A stretch of 51,627 nucleotides of DNA from IMG/VR virus record IMGVR_UViG_3300017913_002163, positions 1 through 51,627 of that record, one strand, 5' to 3'. The notes below the pieces were generated by a model. The model ran no database searches, was not told the DNA's origin, and saw only the letters and a list, made by a program, of their open reading frames with translations. Positions 46,826 through 51,627 of this stretch are shown here, in pieces. Position 1 is the stretch's first letter; each line of letters starts with the position of its first letter. The stretch is from a virus. Its lineage: Duplodnaviria > Caudoviricetes. The position numbers were made by a program, and so were the translations under genes.

Positions 46826-47166
46826 TATCCTCTCCTCATGGTTGCAATTTCTTTAGCAGCATTACTATCTTTACGAATCGGTACCATATTTGATTTGTGC
46901 AGTGTGCCGATACCAGCTAGCTCATTACCAGTATATTGATTGGCTACACGCTTGAAACCATTACCAACAACGTCTGATGTTGGTGCAGTACGTTCGACTT
47001 TGTAACTTGGCATCTCAGCACGATATGTAGAACCTTTTTGATAACCAAGACGATCTAATAGCTTTTGTGTCTTACGCTCTTCTTCAAGGATAGCTGCAGT
47101 CTTTTTCTTTGCCTTGCGCTTTTTAGTATTGAGTGTGGACATTCCACGAATAAGATGCATAGTCAT
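46825..47166 (-). CDS. Conserved hypothetical basic early protein
   Basis: YTG....GIGTLHKSN.VPI motif; strong RBS; first gene after a promoter. Confidence 0.65.
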   Translation of the reverse strand: MTMHLIRGMSTLNTKKRKAKKKTAAILEEERKTQKLLDRLGYQKGSTYRAEMPSYKVERTAPTSDVVGNGFKRVANQYTGNELAGIGTLHKSNMVPIRKDSNAAKEIATMRRG

Positions 47167-47192
47167 GATAGCTCCTTCTCTATTATAGATCT

Positions 47193-47221
47193 ATTCTACC
47201 ATAGAATAGAGGAGTTGTACA
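47193..47221 (-). promoter_or_regulatory. Sigma70-type early promoter
   Basis: A-tract, TGTACA-17 bp-TAGAAT, extended -10 TG. Confidence 0.8.
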
Positions 47222-47229
47222 TGCTTTTT

Positions 47230-48384
47230 TTAACTTTTTTCGATTATTTGTGAAATACATTTACCACCAAAACCAAATGAATTATTCATAACACAACTTA
47301 CGTTTGTTTCGATTGGTTCTAATACAACATTGTATTCGGCATTAGCAGTATTATGACAATGTGGTATGATGCCACGATTCATTGATTCTATAGAGTATGC
47401 AGCTTCTATAACACCAGCTGCAGCAAAGGTATGACCTATCTTACCTTTATTAGACGTGATAGGTGCATCAGTGATCTTGCGAATAGCATCAAACTCCACA
47501 CCATCACCAGCAGGAGTAGACGTACCATGTGAGTTCACATAATCAACTTCTGGCAGAAATGCGTTATCTAAAGCTTTTTCCATACTTGCAACTGCACCTA
47601 CTCCACTAGGAGCTGTGCGATTAAAAGCATCTGATGCATGCCCAGCTGGATATAACCATGCATGTATATGAGCACCGCGTTTTTTGGCATTTTTCTCTGA
47701 TTCGAGAATGAATACACCAGCACCTTCACCCATCACAAATCCTGTACGATCTTTATCGTAAGGCATAGATATGTCACCTAATGCCCTCAATGAAGAGAAC
47801 ATACCGATGTCAAGCACTGTAATACCAGCATCTGCACCACCGGCGATCACATAATCATAATCATCGATGACTTTCATTGCATAGTCAATAGTCGCTAAAC
47901 CAGTGGCACACGCTGCTTGAAAGCCCATGTTTTGACCAGTAAATCCATAATACTGTGATATGTAACCGCACAAACTATCTTTTGGTAGATTGACACCCTT
48001 CAACGGCGGTATTTTATCATTGATGATAAAGTTATACTCTTCGTCGTTATGTAATAGTGTGGATAAGAAAACACCAACGTTCTCTGTGATATCAACTTGA
48101 GCATCTCTTAATGCTTGATCAACAGCATGAATACCTATTTTCATTGAGTTAGGCATAAAGCGAACAAACTTCGAGTGACCGTCATCGATCATCAAGTTAT
48201 TATAGTCGACGCCTAACGCATTTTTTACTTTACGCAGTGAACGTAACTGTAACTCGTCTTCTGTGAAGAAATCACTGAGTGGTCTATGAAAATCTTTATC
48301 ATTCAAAAGATTATCAAAACATGTAGAAATATGGTTCCCACATGTGTCGACCATTCCAATACCAGTTACAGCTACTCTCTTCAT
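47230..48384 (-). CDS. fabF: Beta-ketoacyl-ACP synthase (FabF/FabB family)
   Basis: RVAVTGIG, AACATG (catalytic Cys), GFVMGEGAG...LE, NSHGTST.AGD..E (His), KGKIGHT..AAG (His), NNSFGFGG. Confidence 0.92.
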   Translation of the reverse strand: MKRVAVTGIGMVDTCGNHISTCFDNLLNDKDFHRPLSDFFTEDELQLRSLRKVKNALGVDYNNLMIDDGHSKFVRFMPNSMKIGIHAVDQALRDAQVDITENVGVFLSTLLHNDEEYNFIINDKIPPLKGVNLPKDSLCGYISQYYGFTGQNMGFQAACATGLATIDYAMKVIDDYDYVIAGGADAGITVLDIGMFSSLRALGDISMPYDKDRTGFVMGEGAGVFILESEKNAKKRGAHIHAWLYPAGHASDAFNRTAPSGVGAVASMEKALDNAFLPEVDYVNSHGTSTPAGDGVEFDAIRKITDAPITSNKGKIGHTFAAAGVIEAAYSIESMNRGIIPHCHNTANAEYNVVLEPIETNVSCVMNNSFGFGGKCISQIIEKS

Positions 48385-48977
48385 TGACGATTTAGTTCTT
48401 TCTCAACGGCTTCGTTTAGTTCATCCCAAGCCTTCGTAGCTTCAATCTTGCCCATAACCATACGACTCTTCATCAAACGATTACGTAAGACCTTCTTTGC
48501 TTCAAGGTCGGTATACTCAAGAAGAACATACGCACGATACTGTGTACCATTTTGTACGATCTTTTTCTTATTTACCCGATATCCAGCAACGTCGGCATCA
48601 GCGATCAAGTTGCGAGTTACTTGCTCAAACTCTTGAGTGACTTGACTATCGAAGTCATCAGCACCTACACGACCTTTGAAAGTCTTGAGCTGTGACCGAA
48701 GACGAGAGTCAACACGATCAGCGAGTGTTGTCTTAGCAGATAACACAGCGATATCGACTGATAGCTGCAAGTTTGGTGTAACCGCAGTACCAACAGCATA
48801 GACTGCGTCGTCTTTTACTGGTGGTTCTTCGTACCAATTTGGCATGTCATCGATTTGATTCTCGACTTGCTTCATCTTATAATCATATTCCATCTGAGAC
48901 ATTACTGAATCAGGTGGAACTTTACTCGAACATGCTGCGAGTGCAGACACCATACCTAATGCGATGATATTTCTCAT
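48381..48977 (-). CDS. Lipoprotein (LPP20-like)
   Basis: Signal peptide with lipobox LAAC; P.WY...P.....YAVG.A motif. Confidence 0.75.
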   Translation of the reverse strand: MRNIIALGMVSALAACSSKVPPDSVMSQMEYDYKMKQVENQIDDMPNWYEEPPVKDDAVYAVGTAVTPNLQLSVDIAVLSAKTTLADRVDSRLRSQLKTFKGRVGADDFDSQVTQEFEQVTRNLIADADVAGYRVNKKKIVQNGTQYRAYVLLEYTDLEAKKVLRNRLMKSRMVMGKIEATKAWDELNEAVEKELNRQ

Positions 48978-49099
48978 AACGACTCCAATCTTGCAATCAA
49001 CTCATCTCTCATTCCAGAAGTAGTAAACCAATCTAAAACTTCTGGATAAAACACTACTGTCACAACTCCAGCAATGAATCCAATTCCCAACCTAATCAT
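48974..49099 (-). CDS. Small membrane peptide (41 aa)
   Basis: Hand translation MIRLGIGFIAGVVTVVFYPEVLDWFTTSGMRDELIARLESL; ATGA overlaps with both neighbours; GGTGGA RBS. Confidence 0.65.
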   Translation of the reverse strand: MIRLGIGFIAGVVTVVFYPEVLDWFTTSGMRDELIARLESL

Positions 49100-49392
49100 A
49101 ATCCACCTATACTCACTACGGTTGAAAGCAGTCCAGTTAACACAGTATCGAGGTCTTTCTTCGCTGTGGCACCAAAGAAAAAGGACGGCGTATCAAAACG
49201 AGGCTTTGGTTCCTCGGGCTTATCACGTTCTACATAGATGACTTCAGGTGGTGTCTTACAATCGTATTGAGTGATTGAGTCAACCACTGTGCCATCTGTA
49301 TATTTTGAACGTTGTTCATAGAAACAGTCTTGCGCGTACGCATTAGTTCCAATCATTATCCATAGCAATGGTATCGCGCATCTGCTCACCAT
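49096..49392 (-). CDS. Putative secreted protein
   Basis: Likely start MVSRCAIPLLWIMIGTNAYA (signal peptide), shorter than the track ORF (49488). Confidence 0.55.
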   Translation of the reverse strand: MVSRCAIPLLWIMIGTNAYAQDCFYEQRSKYTDGTVVDSITQYDCKTPPEVIYVERDKPEEPKPRFDTPSFFFGATAKKDLDTVLTGLLSTVVSIGGL

Positions 49393-49591
49393 AATATTTC
49401 TCCGCATATTGTGGAGCATCGGTCCACGCATAAATGTTATTGCCGTTATCATACTTATCGAATGATTCGGTCTCAGTTTTACGCACACGTTGGTTACGCT
49501 TCAATTTTTTTGTGAACTTGGCAGAATGCCTACGAATAACTGCTAGACGTTCGTCTTGAGTCATACCTTTAGTGATTGCCATTTTAGCCAT
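49343..49591 (-). CDS. Hypothetical early protein
   Basis: ATG 49591 with a GAGGAG RBS directly downstream of a promoter. Confidence 0.65.
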   Translation of the reverse strand: MAKMAITKGMTQDERLAVIRRHSAKFTKKLKRNQRVRKTETESFDKYDNGNNIYAWTDAPQYAEKYYGEQMRDTIAMDNDWN

Positions 49592-49620
49592 AATAAACTC
49601 CTCTTTCAATTTACTGGTAT

Positions 49621-49649
49621 ATTCTACCACATAATGGCGCAGTTGTACA
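49621..49649 (-). promoter_or_regulatory. Sigma70-type early promoter
   Basis: A-tract, TGTACA-17 bp-TAGAAT, extended -10 TG. Confidence 0.8.
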
Positions 49650-49658
49650 TGCTTTTTT

Positions 49659-49919
49659 TCATGAATTGTAAATTTTTCTCAACTTATCTTCAAACTCATC
49701 TACTTTGGCAATGCGATTTGGCCATAAGATGTATTCTTTCTCAGGATTTTTCTTGAGATTATTGAGTAGAGGCGTGATAGCATTATATAAACGATCAAGC
49801 TTATCTTGAGTTACATTTTGACCAACATCAAGAAGATCAATTGTTTCTTGTTTCTTCTTAACTGCTTCGAGTTCGCTCTCGTCTACAGCTGTAAAGCCAA
49901 AGTCGAAATCATCATCCAT
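49659..49919 (-). CDS. Conserved hypothetical phage protein
   Basis: DFGFTAVDE.EL...PLL.NL..NPEK.YI.WPNR motif familiar from marine T4-like phages. Confidence 0.7.
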   Translation of the reverse strand: MDDDFDFGFTAVDESELEAVKKKQETIDLLDVGQNVTQDKLDRLYNAITPLLNNLKKNPEKEYILWPNRIAKVDEFEDKLRKIYNS

Positions 49920-50085
49920 TTTCTTTCCTCATCATTGCATAGTTAATAAAGAATGCGTAACTCAACAAAAACCAGAACACGCTGCCAGTTAATATCGATT
50001 GACTCATGACATAAGCAAATGGCATTATGACAGCGATGTCGTAGGGTTTTATTGTTGTGGTCTCACGTTTGTCTGCTTGAAGCAT
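49912..50085 (-). CDS. Small membrane protein (57 aa)
   Basis: Hand translation MLQADKRETTTIKPYDIAVIMPFAYVMSQSILTGSVFWFLLSYAFFINYAMMRKENG; fills the gap between neighbouring genes. Confidence 0.5.
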   Translation of the reverse strand: MLQADKRETTTIKPYDIAVIMPFAYVMSQSILTGSVFWFLLSYAFFINYAMMRKENG

Positions 50086-50261
50086 ACGTACTCATTTCCA
50101 ATCGGTGTTTTAATTGTGATCGACTTGGCATTTGGATCTGGTGCACGACAACCAATCTGTTCCCAATAGTTATAGCCTTGTTCGTTCCACTTAAGTTTTT
50201 CGTCTAAGAACTCACGCTCAGTGATTGAGAAGAGTGCTAATAGACCAATGAATGCAATCAT
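50049..50261 (-). CDS. Small exported or membrane-anchored protein
   Basis: ATG 50261 after GGAG; hydrophobic N-terminus; two Cys residues. Confidence 0.55.
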   Translation of the reverse strand: MIAFIGLLALFSITEREFLDEKLKWNEQGYNYWEQIGCRAPDPNAKSITIKTPIGNEYVCFKQTNVRPQQ

Positions 50262-50282
50262 GTTTTTATTCTCCAATGTTAG

Positions 50283-50372
50283 TTGGTGGCTAACCGTTGA
50301 CCACCGCGGATGTATTGAGGCATCACCCTTAAATTAAGCAGAGCCAGCGTATACTTAATGGTACTGGGTGCA
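50283..50372 (-). ncRNA. Candidate structured RNA or 5' leader
   Basis: Non-coding; downstream of a late promoter; several stems, with G-U pairs favouring the minus strand. Confidence 0.4.
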
Positions 50373-50376
50373 AGTC

Positions 50377-50384
50377 TATTTATA
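50377..50384 (-). promoter_or_regulatory. T4-type late promoter
   Basis: Exact intergenic TATAAATA. Confidence 0.7.
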
Positions 50385-50388
50385 AGGT

Positions 50389-50435
50389 TTCCAGCGAGGG
50401 AGCGAGAGAGGAGCTAATACTCAACCTCGCTGGAA
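50389..50435. repeat. 11-bp perfect inverted repeat (hairpin)
   Basis: TTCCAGCGAGG at 50389-50399 and CCTCGCTGGAA at 50425-50435. Confidence 0.85.
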
Positions 50436-50645
50436 TTCGATATATGCGATGATGTCACGTACTATTTCTCTCGTTGCTGTCTGATAAGGACCCATGATAC
50501 TATCTATCTCATCATAATGGTGTACTCCATCGGGAGCTACAAGACAATGCCACAACTTACGAGTACGATCATCTGGATCTTCATCGACTTCGGTACGATA
50601 TTCCCAACCGTCAACAGTAAACTGTAAAAAGCCAAATGGTAACAT
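50421..50645 (-). CDS. Hypothetical protein
   Basis: 74 aa; TAATG-coupled to the upstream gene. Confidence 0.6.
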   Translation of the reverse strand: MLPFGFLQFTVDGWEYRTEVDEDPDDRTRKLWHCLVAPDGVHHYDEIDSIMGPYQTATREIVRDIIAYIEFQRG

Positions 50646-50962
50646 TATGCAGCATCCGCTTTCATGAGTTTAGCCATCTCATCCATAAAATGATGTAGCT
50701 CACCATTTGTCATCTCTGACAATTTAGGACTGATGAAACGAGCATAAGACTTGCTCATCGCATCTGCAGCCATATAGTATGCTGACTCTTCAAGCTGTTG
50801 ACGCTCGAACTCAGCAAACGTACCAGAAGGCACACGCTCTGACCAATACTCGGTCTCGGTGTGGCAAGGCAACTTACCCATGAAATTACCAGGTGCAGCT
50901 GCAGTAAATGCTTCTGCTTCAGCACGTTGTGCTACGATATAATCTACTAATGCCTTTTCCAT
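50645..50962 (-). CDS. Hypothetical protein
   Basis: 105 aa; TAATG-coupled on both sides. Confidence 0.65.
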   Translation of the reverse strand: MEKALVDYIVAQRAEAEAFTAAAPGNFMGKLPCHTETEYWSERVPSGTFAEFERQQLEESAYYMAADAMSKSYARFISPKLSEMTNGELHHFMDEMAKLMKADAA

Positions 50963-51135
50963 TATGCAGCCACCTTTTCAACAACAGAGAATGATGCGAC
51001 TTTGTCGTCTTTCCAAATGCTGTCAATAACAGCAGTCAGACCTTCACGAGTATGACGAATGGTTTCCCACTTGTCACCATTTTCCATGGTTGTAGTGATG
51101 ATAAAGTAATCGATGTTTCTAAGTGTCTTTTTCAT
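50962..51135 (-). CDS. Hypothetical early protein (57 aa)
   Basis: Hand translation MKKTLRNIDYFIITTTMENGDKWETIRH...VEKVAA; GAGGAG RBS; first gene after a promoter. Confidence 0.7.
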   Translation of the reverse strand: MKKTLRNIDYFIITTTMENGDKWETIRHTREGLTAVIDSIWKDDKVASFSVVEKVAA

Positions 51136-51170
51136 GTTTAGCTCCTCAACTAAATTTTTATTATAGATCT

Positions 51171-51199
51171 ATTATACCCTATAATTCAGGCATTGTACA
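51171..51199 (-). promoter_or_regulatory. Sigma70-type early promoter
   Basis: Multiple A-tracts (UP element), TGTACA-17 bp-TATAAT. Confidence 0.8.
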
Positions 51200-51218
51200 C
51201 AGTTTTTTTCACTTTTTT

Positions 51219-51326
51219 TTAATTTTTTTCGCTTTTTTCTGTGAGTTCTTTGATACGAGCATAAGCTGCATACAAAGCTTTTGTTAGTTCTGCGTTATCT
51301 CTTTTGAGTGCTTCTAGTTCAGTCAT
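51219..51326 (-). CDS. Small coiled-coil peptide (35 aa)
   Basis: MTELEALKRDNAELTKALYAAYARIKELTEKSEKN; overlaps the upstream stop. Confidence 0.5.
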   Translation of the reverse strand: MTELEALKRDNAELTKALYAAYARIKELTEKSEKN

Positions 51327-51627
51327 AATCTATCCCTTCTATAAAATTTATATCATCTATGATATCATCTTTGGGAATTACTGTTCCTACTTCTACTAAT
51401 CCCCACGCCTTTGGTTCTACACAATTATCATCACACCATTTCTGAGCTTTCTCATCAAATGGTTTGTGCTTCGAGTGTTTATATATGATAGTGAAATCTG
51501 CTGACCAATGAGTTTGCGGTACTATCTTCGTTGCAACATCATCGTTATCATGGTACACATCATATAAAGGTTTGCCTACATGGCAGTAGTTAATGCAAAC
51601 CGTACCTGGTTTTTGATCGAAAGTAAA
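51319..51627 (-). CDS. Hypothetical protein (3' part; start lies outside the window)
   Basis: Frame is open to the window edge: FTFDQKPGTVCINYCHVGKPLYDVYHDND... Confidence 0.6.
   Translation of the reverse strand, partial: FTFDQKPGTVCINYCHVGKPLYDVYHDNDDVATKIVPQTHWSADFTIIYKHSKHKPFDEKAQKWCDDNCVEPKAWGLVEVGTVIPKDDIIDDINFIEGIDYD

Noticed and set aside
594-49756. Numerous 60-130 aa antisense or nested ORFs in the track (e.g. 8790..9107, 12931..13323, 28091..28423, 33470..33781, 42846..44129)
   Set aside because: They overlap well-supported genes on the other strand or frame and show no recognisable motifs.
50283-50435. tRNA gene in the structured intergenic region
   Set aside because: No cloverleaf, T-loop GTTC motif or CCA end could be fitted.

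Overview
This window is part of a T4-like (myovirus) bacteriophage genome, probably marine or aquatic, judging by cyanophage/pelagiphage-type structural genes. It has four parts. (1) 1-9235 (-): neck genes gp14/gp13 and tail-fibre/receptor-binding genes. (2) 9356-17735 (+): an island of 13 tailoring enzymes under a sigma70-type promoter: one GNAT-like protein, three AspH-like 2OG-Fe(II) oxygenases, a CoaE-like kinase, five glycosyltransferase-like proteins, a PLP enzyme, a radical SAM protein and a methyltransferase. (3) 17722-44466: the baseplate and tail module (split VrlC-like gene, gp8, gp9/10-like, gp7, gp6, gp25, a gp5 split over several genes, hub, gp53, gp48, gp4, gp2, gp54, gp26, gp51-like, tape measure). 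(4) 44467-end (-): gp32, gp33, a FabF ketosynthase, a lipoprotein and small early genes. The most striking signal is heavy enrichment of the dipeptide Asp-Ser, often in regular repeats, in the outer virion proteins flanking the enzyme island. This suggests a phage-encoded, sequon-directed virion modification system (inference). Other notable features are a probable -1 frameshift joining gp26 to a start-less gp51-like ORF just before the tape measure gene, two apparently inactive cell-wall hydrolase domains in the gp5 locus, and a candidate structured RNA plus an anti-SD hairpin near 50.3-50.4 kb. All family assignments come from motif recognition by eye, and counts are hand counts.
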